Numbered from the stretch's first letter, positions 30,242 to 40,444 are shown. The stretch: 56,565 bases of DNA from an uncultured Pseudomonadota bacterium (GCA_964429275.1 CAYSBJ010000001.1:513776-570340), one strand, 5' to 3'. Notes: generated from the sequence alone by a model not told the origin. Program-made: numbers and translations.

Positions 30242-31276
30242 ATGAGGGTGTTTTTTTTAAGCAGAGTACTTATTACTGCGTTTTTTCTTGTTAATGGATT
30301 TGTATCGGCTACTATAACATATGACGGTACCTCGACGCTCTGCATACAGCAAACTCAGGTAACGCCAGTTGACACTAATGATGCTAAAGGACTTGTCTGG
30401 TTTCAAAATGGTTTTAAGCTACCCTTAGCCGGGAATTTTTTTGTTGATATTGTGCTTCCGGTGAATGGTCAGATAGATTTAAATGGGGGAACTTTGACGC
30501 TAGCGCGTGATCTTCATTTGGCCAGTGATGCAACATTGACTGACAGTAGCGGAGCTAGTGCTTCAGCAACTATTGATGCTCAAGGAAAGAGTATCTTTCT
30601 TTCAAATGACCTCAGTTATAGTGGCACGACACAAGCGTTAAACGTAGCAAGTAATTTGATTATCGATGGACGAGGGCACATGCTTACTATTGGCACGAGT
30701 AATCGTATTGCTATTGCTGCAGGGGCAACATTAACCCTAAAAAATATGAGATTGGCCTTGGCTACAACAGCGACGTCTCCTTTTACTGCAGGGTCGAATA
30801 CAAGTACCCTTGTGCTTGAGAATGTTACTGTTGGGTTGGCAAATGATTGTACCTGGGCAACTGGCGCCATGGTAATTAAGGGTAAAACGCTGCTTCTTGG
30901 GATTAATGGGAGATCGTTCATTAATACTTCGACTGCTAATTTTACCATCTCAAGCAACTCTTGTTTGACGTTGCTTGATGGCGTTACTTACTATCATAAT
31001 AATAGCGGCACTACAAACTTTATCATGACGGATAATACCTCAAGCCTTGTTCTTATTGGTGCTACTTTTAAAGGGTATAATACCGGTAGCACGCCGTTAG
31101 TGCTTACAAAGGGAACGATGATTGTGGATCATAAGTCATATATCCAACCGAATAGTGCGGGCATTAATGTTGGTGATGGCTTGAGCTCGGCGAATAATTT
31201 AACTATTGCAGTTCGTCCAGCCGCTACCATTGGTATAACGGCTGGTACGTTTACCTGCGCAGATAGCTTAGAATAA
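30242..31276 (+). CDS. Secreted beta-solenoid-like protein with the conserved family C-terminal domain
   Basis: Signal ending FVSA; IDAQG/IDGRG repeats; C-terminal ~120 aa closely similar to that of 31407-34259. Confidence 0.8.
   Translation: MRVFFLSRVLITAFFLVNGFVSATITYDGTSTLCIQQTQVTPVDTNDAKGLVWFQNGFKLPLAGNFFVDIVLPVNGQIDLNGGTLTLARDLHLASDATLTDSSGASASATIDAQGKSIFLSNDLSYSGTTQALNVASNLIIDGRGHMLTIGTSNRIAIAAGATLTLKNMRLALATTATSPFTAGSNTSTLVLENVTVGLANDCTWATGAMVIKGKTLLLGINGRSFINTSTANFTISSNSCLTLLDGVTYYHNNSGTTNFIMTDNTSSLVLIGATFKGYNTGSTPLVLTKGTMIVDHKSYIQPNSAGINVGDGLSSANNLTIAVRPAATIGITAGTFTCADSLE
30908..31276 (+). repeat. Conserved C-terminal module, copy 1 (copy 2 at 33891-34259)
   Basis: Shared LTLLDG.TYYHNNSGTTNF.MTDN, GATFKGYNTGSTP, VDHKSYIQPNSAGIN. 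Confidence 0.9.
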
Positions 31277-31406
31277 AGGGTTTAAATGCTCTTAAATCTT
31301 ATATTATTGCGTTTTCCCCTTTTTCTTTCTTATTACTTGGCGTCCTAGAACAAATTATTATTGTTATAGATAGTTGTTGGTCGTCCGTACGAAGAAAGGA
31401 ATCTTT

Positions 31407-34259
31407 ATGAGGTTTTTAAGGAAAATTTATGCATTAGTTGCTTTGTCGTGTAGTTTTAGTAGTGCTACGTGGGCAACTATTAATTTTGGCAGCAGAGAGT
31501 CTGGATTTATTGTAAGTGGTGGCACATTGGCATTACGGAACGGTTCTACATTAACGGAAGGGTCGATTCGCAACACTGGTGGGACAGTTACGGGAGCGGC
31601 GGCTGTTTGTACCGACCTTGTTGTTGAAACTAAAACGAGCTCAATAGTAAAAAAAATGATGACTGATGGGACGGTAACGTTGGGAACTTCCGTATCGCTT
31701 GGTAATGGGCAGCGATTACTCGTTTCAGGTGGACAGGTTGCTGAAACAGTAACGGTTAATGGTGCGGAAGCAACGCCGAGTGTTATTGAAGGATTTGGAT
31801 CGTTTGCTGCCAATATTACGGTGAGCGATGCATGTCAGTTGAATATGCGTTGGAATGATCCATTAAACGTAAATATTGCACTGGCTCCAACAACGAGTAC
31901 AAACACTGCAATTTTGCAGCTTAACCAAGACCTTTCTTTTGTTGCTGGTAAGAGTATTACCAACTCTGAAACGGGGTCAACGGTGGGAGTTGTCGATTTT
32001 AATGGATACCGCATTCTTATGGGTGGCGATGAAACAACAACCAGTATTGCGAATAAACAAACGTGGAAGAATGCGAACCTTTGTTTGACTGGGCCGGTAA
32101 GTTTAGCCTCTGGGAAAACAATTACGCTAAGTACGGCGGGAGCGTATTTCTCTGGCAATGGAAACTCTTTCACCTTTAATAGTGGCTCGGTGATTGCAAA
32201 TGGTGGCAACGCCGTTACGATGGACAATATGGTGCTTAAAGGTCTGACGAGTACGAGTCTGGCTGGCGCAGGAGCATGGACTCTTATTGGAACGCGACTT
32301 GAAGATAGCACTCGTTCGGTGACTATTGATGGTTCGATTACAAGCTCTACCGTTGATATTTTTGGTGGGGCCCTAACTTTTGGTTCTTCACGTATTTTGT
32401 TAAATACTGATGTGGCTCCTGGTGGTATTTGGACTATTGGTGTTGGTACGGCGTCAACAATTAATGGCTGCGGCAACGTATTTAATTTTGGTGGCTCAGG
32501 GAAGAAGGTTCTTTTGTCTACTAGTTCATCGTTACGTTTTCAGGATGTTACGTTAGCTGAATTAGTGGCTGCTTCAATTGACGCTACAGATTCACAAACA
32601 TTATATTTGTCTGACGTTAAGTTGTTTTCAGATGCTGCAGTTGGCGCATTGCATATACATGGGTCTAGTCAGTCAGGAACACAAGGTGCAGCAATGCTGA
32701 CTCTTGCCACATCGACAACAGCAGGCAACATTTTTGCAAGCAGTGTGACCTGGGCGAATGGTGTAAATATGGAATTATTGAGTGATGTTACCATAAGTGG
32801 TTCTTCGACGTGGACTTTCTCAGATAACACAATAATTGATGGTGGTGGTTTTTCAATGAATATTGCTGCCGGATCTCTCAGTATTGCTTCTGGTAAAACG
32901 TTGACTCTTCGTAACATTGTATTGACCGGTGTAGCAACTGGATCATTGTCGGATGGTGGCGGTACTGTTGACCTGTCTAATGTCACGGTTGTACTTGGCG
33001 GTGCTGATGTTGACTGGAGTACGTATAATACAAGTCTTTCTATAAATGGTCCGACGACTGTTGTTACCGGTTCATATACATTGACAGCGCCTAACGGGGC
33101 TTCAGCGGGAACGGGTACTGCTACAATTAATGGTGTTACGGTGTACTATGATACATTGGGTGATGTCGATCGAACAAATCTCATTGGATTCGTATATTCT
33201 GGCGGTGGACGCATTGTGTGTGTTGAGCAACCAAAAACGGGTTCTATTGCCGTTACTGCTGCTTCGGACGATCTCGGAGCAGATGAATACCTTGCACCGC
33301 TTGATGGTACTGTTGCAGGTCGTACTATAACCTTTAGCTATGTTGGTACAACTGTGTATGATGGGCATGGACGATCGCTTATCTTCCCATATACTTCCGC
33401 CTCTATGGATCCGCAAGTAGTGGTTACTGTTGGTGCAAGTACTACGGTAACGACATCTAATATAATATTTGATGGAATGAAGCCAGGTCATTTGAGCATT
33501 ACAAGTGGTGGCAATATCTACTGGGGTGATGGCTCTTGTATCCGTTTATCAACTGATTGGACTGGTTCTGATGCATTAGCACAAACAATTAAGTTTGGTA
33601 CGTCAACAACTGCTACTGGCGAGGTTATGGAGCTTGACCTCGGTGGGCATAGTATTGATATGAGTAGCGCAAGTGCTTTGATTGCCTTGCAAGCTGGTGG
33701 TGGCGGGTCTACTTTGCGTATTAAGAACGGTCGTCTTTTGAATCTTTCTGGTACCAAGTTGTCAGCAACTGCTGGTTCAACTATTATTTTGGAAAATGTC
33801 GAACTTGCTCTGAGCGTTGCTTTAACTAACTATACTTTTGCAAACGCGGCGCTTCAAATTGAGGGGGATTGTTTGATTTCAGGTCTTCACGGGAATTCCT
33901 TTATTAATACATCTACCAATAATTTGACTATTGCAAAGAATGGTCGGTTAACCTTGCTTGATGGCATCACTTATTACCACAACAATAGCGGTACGACAAA
34001 CTTTGTCATGACTGACAATAGTTCTCGTCTTGAGTTGGTTGGGGCAACATTTAAAGGATACAATACTGGTAGTACACCAATTGTGCTCACACTTGGTACG
34101 TTAGTTGTTGATCATAAATCATATATTCAACCAAATAGCGCTGGTATTAACATAGGCAATGGTTCGAACTCTGAAGGTGACCTGACCATTGAGGTTCGCC
34201 CTGGTGCTACAATTGGTGTTACGACTGGTACACTTACGTATGCAAACTGTGGTGGATAA
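31407..34259 (+). CDS. Large secreted beta-solenoid-like protein (about 950 aa)
   Basis: ATG 31407 after an AAGGA RBS; signal ending ATWA; Thr/Ser/Gly-rich repeats. Confidence 0.85.
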   Translation: MRFLRKIYALVALSCSFSSATWATINFGSRESGFIVSGGTLALRNGSTLTEGSIRNTGGTVTGAAAVCTDLVVETKTSSIVKKMMTDGTVTLGTSVSLGNGQRLLVSGGQVAETVTVNGAEATPSVIEGFGSFAANITVSDACQLNMRWNDPLNVNIALAPTTSTNTAILQLNQDLSFVAGKSITNSETGSTVGVVDFNGYRILMGGDETTTSIANKQTWKNANLCLTGPVSLASGKTITLSTAGAYFSGNGNSFTFNSGSVIANGGNAVTMDNMVLKGLTSTSLAGAGAWTLIGTRLEDSTRSVTIDGSITSSTVDIFGGALTFGSSRILLNTDVAPGGIWTIGVGTASTINGCGNVFNFGGSGKKVLLSTSSSLRFQDVTLAELVAASIDATDSQTLYLSDVKLFSDAAVGALHIHGSSQSGTQGAAMLTLATSTTAGNIFASSVTWANGVNMELLSDVTISGSSTWTFSDNTIIDGGGFSMNIAAGSLSIASGKTLTLRNIVLTGVATGSLSDGGGTVDLSNVTVVLGGADVDWSTYNTSLSINGPTTVVTGSYTLTAPNGASAGTGTATINGVTVYYDTLGDVDRTNLIGFVYSGGGRIVCVEQPKTGSIAVTAASDDLGADEYLAPLDGTVAGRTITFSYVGTTVYDGHGRSLIFPYTSASMDPQVVVTVGASTTVTTSNIIFDGMKPGHLSITSGGNIYWGDGSCIRLSTDWTGSDALAQTIKFGTSTTATGEVMELDLGGHSIDMSSASALIALQAGGGGSTLRIKNGRLLNLSGTKLSATAGSTIILENVELALSVALTNYTFANAALQIEGDCLISGLHGNSFINTSTNNLTIAKNGRLTLLDGITYYHNNSGTTNFVMTDNSSRLELVGATFKGYNTGSTPIVLTLGTLVVDHKSYIQPNSAGINIGNGSNSEGDLTIEVRPGATIGVTTGTLTYANCGG
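33891..34259 (+). repeat. Conserved C-terminal module, copy 2
   Basis: Aligns with 30908-31276; the DNA differences inspected are largely synonymous. Confidence 0.9.
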
Positions 34260-34282
34260 GTAGTAGCGTTTTTGTATTCGTA

Positions 34283-34319
34283 GGCAATGGCCGCTGAGAA
34301 ATTAGCGGCCATTGCTTTT
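34283..34319 (+). terminator. Intrinsic terminator inside the surface-protein cluster
   Basis: GCAATGGCCGCT/AGCGGCCATTGC 12-bp stem followed by TTTT. Confidence 0.8.
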
Positions 34320-34422
34320 GTAAAAGCATTTTATTTACTATTTTTTCTAAGCATTGTGCCGCTATTTTTGATTTGGGTATATAAAGCATATTGTTTCAGT
34401 AGGGATTGGTTAAGGGGGTGCT

Positions 34423-37400
34423 ATGAGGAAAAGCAATTTGTTTGCTTTGTGTTGGGGTATGATTTTTTGCTGCGTACCGTTTTCTTATGGTCGTATTACT
34501 ATTGGTAGTGGTGGGGGATTTGTTGTCGATTCGGGGGGCGTTCTTGCTCTAGGGACTGCCGTTCTTGATGGCGGTTTAATTAGAAATACGTTAGGGGGGA
34601 CGATTAGTGGCAATGTGCCCTGTGCACAAACAAGTTTTCAAGGTGCTGCTGGTGCTGGCACTGTGATTGCTGACGGTACATTTTCATTTGATGATAACAC
34701 GGTTATATTAGGGGATAACCAACGAGTGGTTCTCGATGGAAGCGCTGTTATTAGCCAAATAACTATTAATGGCTCGCCAAGTACTATTCGTGGAATTGGA
34801 AGTACGATTAGTGATGATATTTCTATTAACAGTGGCAAAGAGTTAGTTGCTGATATTACTGGTTCGCTTGATGCAAATATTATATTTGCTGATTCAAGTT
34901 CAACCCTCTCACTGTTTTCTGATCTTACTTTTGCAGCAGGCAAAGCACTTGTTAGTACCACTGGAGCAACGATTAATTTTAATGGGAATAGTTTAACGGT
35001 TCAAGGAAACGCCGACTTTAGTCCTGAGTTTACTGGGGAAATGTATTTGTATGATGCGGATGTTGTTCTAAATGGACCAGCGTTAATTGGAGGGAGTGAT
35101 TCTGTTATTCATTTTACCACTTCTGGATCTATAACCGGTACCAATAATTTTTTCCATTTTAGTTCAGGCGCAAGCATGGATAATGGAGGGCATGCGGTTT
35201 ATTTAAGTAATCTTATTTTTGATGTTGCTCCTTCAGCGTCATCTTTTTCTGGATCTGCAGTATGGAATCTTGATAATTGTACGTTTTCTGTTGGTGGTAA
35301 ATCAATTACGCTGAATGGCCCAGCCAATCTTGGAGATAATTCATTTGGTGCTGTTACTGCAAGTTTAAATAGCAACTTTACATTGCCAAATAATTGGGTT
35401 GTTGCTGATGCTGGTCTTGTTATACATGGTAATGGGTATTCTTTTGATTTTGCTAGTGACACGCATATTGATAATGGTGGGCACGATGTTACATTTAATA
35501 ATGTTTCACTTATTCTTGGGGCTGAAAGCTTAATCGGTTCTGGACACTGGAATTTTGTGAATTGTACCATAGTGACGGCAACGGGCAGTCTTAATATTAC
35601 CGGCTCGTTATCTGTAGCGAGCGGGGGCGGTCTTGATATTTCAGGAGGGGCTGGAGGCCCAATCCTTCTGGGAGCTCAAACGACGATTACTTTGTTAAGA
35701 GATTATTATGCCGATGCTGAATGGCGGGCTAATGACTATAGCGTGTTGATTCGTGGCGATGGCCATTGCTTTGCTTTTGGTGGTGGTGGATTGCTTAATA
35801 GTGGTAGTGGTTATTCTCTGTCTTTTGAGAATATATCTTTTCTTGGCCTTACATCAAACAAATTTACTGGACCGAGTAGTTTTGTGTTTCGTAATTGTAC
35901 TTTCTTTGGTGGTTCTGCTGGTTCTATTACTGTGAACGGGATTGTTGATGGTAGGAGTACTATTGATATTTTTGGTAGTGCCGGGGTGTCTTTTTCTTAT
36001 GAAACTGAGATCATTCTGCGTTCAGACATTGCATGTGCTGGGGTTTGGACCGTAAATGGACCCCTTAATGTTAATGGGAACGGCTATACTTTTGATATGA
36101 CGAATGCTGGTTTGGAGTTGCATGTGATTGGGTTAGCTGGAGGTACGATTGCTCATGAATTTAGCAATATGACGATCAATAATTTGAATGGGTCAAAAGT
36201 AGCTTTTTATGCTGGTAATATATGGGAACTAAATAATGTAACGGTACTGGTTGAAGGAGATGGCGTTGATTGGTCTGGTGATAGTCATGGCTTCCTCAAT
36301 GTTACGGGCCCCGTTACTTTTGTTACTGGTCAATATTCGGTTATCCCGCAGGTAGGGAGCACTATTTGTCCTAACATAACTGTTTGGTATGACACTCTTG
36401 GAAGTGCTGATGCGGCAAATGTTTCGGGGTTCACTTTGACCGGGACAAGTCGTGTTGCTTGGCTTGGTTCTGGCACAGATATTTTGTCGGCACCGCTTAC
36501 TGATCATACGTTTACTTCTATGTCATCGCCGTGTGGTCTTTTGCAAGATATGTATTTGTATGCGCCGACATCTGGTAGTAGTCATCAAGCAACATTAACT
36601 TTTAACGGGGGATCAACCTGTGCTTTTGATGGGTATGGTCGTACTATTTTCTTTCCGCAACGAGCGGTAGTTAGCACTGATCCTACGGTCTTGTATGTGG
36701 CTGGTAATACTACTGCAGTATTGCGCCGCACAGTACTTGATGGATTTAAGCCTGGTTCTTATGAAGTTGATTCAGGAAGTAGTTTGTGTTTCGGTGATGG
36801 TTGTGTTGTAAGGCTACAAGATGATTGGACTGTTGGTGAGGCAGGGGGCGCTGCGACTGAACTGACTTTTGGAAGCTCAGTAACAGCTGAAAATGAATTA
36901 ATGCGCCTTGATTTAAATGGACACGTGCTTGATTTAAGCAATCCTAGCGCAATTATACGTCTTCAAGGGAAATCAGATATTACTGATGGCGGGCAGCATA
37001 ATGTTTTGTATGTTGAGAATGGCAGTATCATAAATCTTGCGCATTCCAAACTTACAGCTGTTGATAATTGTACGCTTGTCTTAAAGAACGTAGAGTTAAT
37101 CTTAGCAGATACGTTTACTTGGCCAGCAAGTAGTGGTTCACCATTGGCTAATTTGAGATTTGAAGGGAATTGCAGTATTCGCGGAAGTGCTGAAAACAGA
37201 GTGTTTAGTAATGTCTCTGGGGGTACGTTTACTATCGCTCCAGACTCAACCTTGCAGCTTTGGGATGGGGTTACCTTGAGTTGGGATTGTGTTGGAGATG
37301 CTAGTTTTAGTATGGATAGCTTAAGTTCTGTATTGGCTTTGACTGGTGCAACATTTAGACGATCAGATCAAGATGCTGATACTTGCCCGGTTTTAGTCTT

Positions 37401-37587
37401 GTCCGGGGGGACGTTTGTTGCTGATCAAACGGCGACGCTTTGTCCTGGTACGTGTGGTATGAAGATTGGTGATTCTGTTGGATCGTCCAGTCTTCATATT
37501 ATTGTGCGTCCTGGATCGAGAATAATTCAAAGCTCCGTTTCCGGTATTTCAAGCCCTGGATCGATCATCTATGATAATCCTGCATAA
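34423..37587 (+). CDS. Large secreted beta-solenoid-like protein, paralogue of 31407-34259
   Basis: Signal ending FSYG; shared YDTLG, DG.GR...FP, DG.KPG, GDG...RL..DWT, L.NVEL and VRPG motifs. Confidence 0.85.
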   Translation: MRKSNLFALCWGMIFCCVPFSYGRITIGSGGGFVVDSGGVLALGTAVLDGGLIRNTLGGTISGNVPCAQTSFQGAAGAGTVIADGTFSFDDNTVILGDNQRVVLDGSAVISQITINGSPSTIRGIGSTISDDISINSGKELVADITGSLDANIIFADSSSTLSLFSDLTFAAGKALVSTTGATINFNGNSLTVQGNADFSPEFTGEMYLYDADVVLNGPALIGGSDSVIHFTTSGSITGTNNFFHFSSGASMDNGGHAVYLSNLIFDVAPSASSFSGSAVWNLDNCTFSVGGKSITLNGPANLGDNSFGAVTASLNSNFTLPNNWVVADAGLVIHGNGYSFDFASDTHIDNGGHDVTFNNVSLILGAESLIGSGHWNFVNCTIVTATGSLNITGSLSVASGGGLDISGGAGGPILLGAQTTITLLRDYYADAEWRANDYSVLIRGDGHCFAFGGGGLLNSGSGYSLSFENISFLGLTSNKFTGPSSFVFRNCTFFGGSAGSITVNGIVDGRSTIDIFGSAGVSFSYETEIILRSDIACAGVWTVNGPLNVNGNGYTFDMTNAGLELHVIGLAGGTIAHEFSNMTINNLNGSKVAFYAGNIWELNNVTVLVEGDGVDWSGDSHGFLNVTGPVTFVTGQYSVIPQVGSTICPNITVWYDTLGSADAANVSGFTLTGTSRVAWLGSGTDILSAPLTDHTFTSMSSPCGLLQDMYLYAPTSGSSHQATLTFNGGSTCAFDGYGRTIFFPQRAVVSTDPTVLYVAGNTTAVLRRTVLDGFKPGSYEVDSGSSLCFGDGCVVRLQDDWTVGEAGGAATELTFGSSVTAENELMRLDLNGHVLDLSNPSAIIRLQGKSDITDGGQHNVLYVENGSIINLAHSKLTAVDNCTLVLKNVELILADTFTWPASSGSPLANLRFEGNCSIRGSAENRVFSNVSGGTFTIAPDSTLQLWDGVTLSWDCVGDASFSMDSLSSVLALTGATFRRSDQDADTCPVLVLSGGTFVADQTATLCPGTCGMKIGDSVGSSSLHIIVRPGSRIIQSSVSGISSPGSIIYDNPA

Positions 37588-37673
37588 TCGCGAAACATAT
37601 TTATTGACCCCTGCACCTATATTGTTTTACACAACAGGCCGATTGAACATTTTTTGTGATATGAGGGGTTGGT

Positions 37674-38882
37674 ATGCAGCAGGCAGTCAATTGTTTTTTA
37701 TTTTTAACAGCTTTGTATTCATGTCTTAACGCTGGTATTATTTTTGGCGATAAAAACTCAGGTATAGTTATAGATTCAGGCTCGTTTGTAGTTAATGGAA
37801 ATTTGATAGTTGACTCAGGAACAGTAGAAATTACCTCTGGTGGTACGTTGACTGTGGAGGAGGGGGCAACCTTTGACATATCTAATGGAACCTACATATC
37901 TGAGGGTAAAGAGGTTTTTGAATATATAGCGGATACGACTTTATATAAAGACATAGCATTATCCTCAGTTAAAACTTTATCGATTGCGGCTCCAGTTGAT
38001 GGGACAACCGTGCACACGGTTACTATTAGCGGGACTGGTCAAAAGATATTTTTTGCAGATGCTGCGACAGCTCAGATGATAATTGGTGACTACACGGCTG
38101 TTATTTTTGATGGCGTAGATCTTGCAATGTTTAATCCAGATGCTATCACTCTTGGTACTGGTTCTTCAGTAGCGCTGAATAATGCAACTCTTTCTTTGAA
38201 TCATGATATTACTCTTATGTATCCAATATCTTTTCTTTCAAGCGGCGAGGGATGTTTTTCTTACCTTCGTGCAAATGGAAACACTATTCTTATGTCTTCG
38301 GCAGGAGAGATTTTTGTACCAAGCGCGAATCAGTTAATTATAGAAGATGCAAACTTTCAAGATTTGCGTGATTCTCAACTACATGCTCTTGGTTCTGCCA
38401 CTATTAGGTTATCTAATTGCAATGTTGATACGACGAGTGCTGCGCCGGTTACCTTTTCGAGCGGCCAGCTTGCCATCGAAGGGACCGTTAATTTTTCTGG
38501 TGCTGGTTCTTTTATATATAGTTCTCCCCATGCGCTCGTTATTGGCCAAGATAGCTCGATGGTGCTGAATGGCATAGGCATGGGTTATACCGGATGCAGC
38601 TTCATTTATGGGGCAAATAAGGCACATTCAAAAATTATTCTAAATGATGCTGCGCTAACAATTGGTTCCGATTCGCTAGGAACTGTAACCATCACTGCGA
38701 TAACAGTTTCTATGAATGGTAATTCTTTTATTCAAGGTGGGGGTATTATTGCTGAGGCGTGGACTTCTTTGAATTTTGGGACTGGTGACGCTATTGCCAA
38801 TAATAGCCAGCTTTTTATAGGAAATGGAAAATCGACGCTGAGTGATATTGTGCTCAATATGAACGATGGAAACATTGGATAA
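37674..38882 (+). CDS. Secreted beta-solenoid-like protein, divergent family member
   Basis: Signal ending CLNA; GIIFGDKNSGIV resembles TINFGSRESGFIV; ANGNTI...LIIEDANF...LSNC repeat unit. Confidence 0.75.
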   Translation: MQQAVNCFLFLTALYSCLNAGIIFGDKNSGIVIDSGSFVVNGNLIVDSGTVEITSGGTLTVEEGATFDISNGTYISEGKEVFEYIADTTLYKDIALSSVKTLSIAAPVDGTTVHTVTISGTGQKIFFADAATAQMIIGDYTAVIFDGVDLAMFNPDAITLGTGSSVALNNATLSLNHDITLMYPISFLSSGEGCFSYLRANGNTILMSSAGEIFVPSANQLIIEDANFQDLRDSQLHALGSATIRLSNCNVDTTSAAPVTFSSGQLAIEGTVNFSGAGSFIYSSPHALVIGQDSSMVLNGIGMGYTGCSFIYGANKAHSKIILNDAALTIGSDSLGTVTITAITVSMNGNSFIQGGGIIAEAWTSLNFGTGDAIANNSQLFIGNGKSTLSDIVLNMNDGNIG

Positions 38883-38905
38883 ATTTATTAATAAACAAGG
38901 AGTGT

Positions 38906-40444
38906 ATGAGTATGAAGCGGTTGGTGCGCCATCTTGTGGCAATGACTATGTTGAGTGTTGTGGGATTATCTGGAAGTGAAACGGTTGCTGTAGCGCCGGC
39001 CAAAGGAAATGAACCTACGCTCAGTTTTTTGGAAAAGCAAGTGCCGTGGCTTCATGCAAGACTGAATAACTGGCGTCGTTATTTGGCAGAAAAACCGACG
39101 GTAACACACGTGCGTCCAAAATCAGCAGAAGAAGCTTCGTTTCGTTTTAGCCATGCTTGGGCTGCCAATGGTTATAGTGGACAAGGTCGTCGTACTGATG
39201 CGTCGGTTGTGCCATTTGGTTGTGATTCGTTTGCGTTAAAAGATGCGTTTGTCGCGAGTAAATTGTTGGTGCAAGAAGAAGCAAAAGTTGTGAGTAAGAT
39301 TAGCGACTCTCAGCCGCTATCTCATAATAGCCGTCACTTTCTCTATCTTTTAGCGGATCAAAAAATTGCATTTCGCATGGCGCAATCACGCCAAGAATTT
39401 CAGGCGACGTATAGCCGGTCTTTCTGGGATAACAAGCTGCAGTTTCAAGTGCAGGTCCCTGTTGTGCGGCAAGAAACAAATCTTGATTTAGCACCAGCTG
39501 CTGAAATCACACGTGAAAACCGTGGAGCGTTAGTGGAAGCAACTTCATTGAATAGTTCTGTGGTGCGAAGCGCTTTAGGTGAGGCTCGCTCAGGCGGCAC
39601 CGCGCCTGGTTTTTACGAATCATACAGCGACATGAATAATTTCTTGCATCACACATTGCAAGATGCGGGTATTAGTTTTACCAAGAAACAGGAAGAAATG
39701 GGTGTTGGTGATATTGCAATTGGATGCCAATATGAGCACACCTTGCCATATGTTGATCACTGCCAAGTCGGGGCCCAGATTGTGTTGAATACGGCTAAGA
39801 GTCAGCGTCATATTGCACTTGCAGAACCGATGCTTGGTCATGGTGCAAATCAAATTAAAACAAATGCTGTACTCAGCTGGCACCGCAGTGCGTATGCCAA
39901 TCCGTTTGTAGAGATTGCTCTTGGCTATAGCTTGCCAACACAAGTGGGCGCACGAGTACCGTATGCATTGAGCTATGATGGCGTAAGCCATATGGGTGAG
40001 CGTCTTTCTGAAGTCTATCCACGGTCGATTGCGTTTAGTGATGTTGTGACTCTAGGCGGCGCTCCGTTTGCACATTATCCAGAAAGTCAGGTTCCAGGTT
40101 TTGGGTCTGCGTTGCATAAGGTGACACGACACAAAGGCCTTTCTTGCCTATTGCATATGGGCAACGTGATTGAAGAATGTTTTGGCAAGCCAATGCATTT
40201 GTCGATGTCATATCGTTTTGCGGCTCATCAACAAGAGCGCATCTCTGGCATTGAAGGAGCAGAGGCGTATGCGCCAGAAGTTCTTTCACGTCACACTGGC
40301 TCACGATCGCACGATTTGCTTATTTCGGCCGGCTACCGCCTGAGCCCATTGTGCAGCATTGAAGGCGGTCTTGAGCAATGCTTTGCTGGTAAGAACGTTG
40401 CAAAAAATACACGCGTGTGGGGCGGCATGCAATTGCGGTTCTAG
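38906..40444 (+). CDS. Putative outer-membrane beta-barrel protein B, paralogue of 28767-30224
   Basis: Signal; ANGY.G.G, L.D..VAS.L, GDI and G.E...AG..V shared with barrel A; ends VWGGMQLRF. Confidence 0.7.
   Translation: MSMKRLVRHLVAMTMLSVVGLSGSETVAVAPAKGNEPTLSFLEKQVPWLHARLNNWRRYLAEKPTVTHVRPKSAEEASFRFSHAWAANGYSGQGRRTDASVVPFGCDSFALKDAFVASKLLVQEEAKVVSKISDSQPLSHNSRHFLYLLADQKIAFRMAQSRQEFQATYSRSFWDNKLQFQVQVPVVRQETNLDLAPAAEITRENRGALVEATSLNSSVVRSALGEARSGGTAPGFYESYSDMNNFLHHTLQDAGISFTKKQEEMGVGDIAIGCQYEHTLPYVDHCQVGAQIVLNTAKSQRHIALAEPMLGHGANQIKTNAVLSWHRSAYANPFVEIALGYSLPTQVGARVPYALSYDGVSHMGERLSEVYPRSIAFSDVVTLGGAPFAHYPESQVPGFGSALHKVTRHKGLSCLLHMGNVIEECFGKPMHLSMSYRFAAHQQERISGIEGAEAYAPEVLSRHTGSRSHDLLISAGYRLSPLCSIEGGLEQCFAGKNVAKNTRVWGGMQLRF

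Noticed and set aside
30908..34259. C-terminal repeats as DGR variable regions or recombination cassettes
   Set aside because: Differences inspected are mostly synonymous and scattered, fitting older paralogy under purifying selection; no recombinase or RT nearby
34287..34508. 73-aa hydrophobic ORF
   Set aside because: Starts inside a terminator hairpin and overlaps the next gene out of frame; hydrophobicity reflects T-rich intergenic DNA
25213..38882. Classical autotransporters (Pmp-like)
   Set aside because: None of the five ends in a ~300-aa barrel with a terminal aromatic residue, and repeated GGAI/FxxN motifs are not evident
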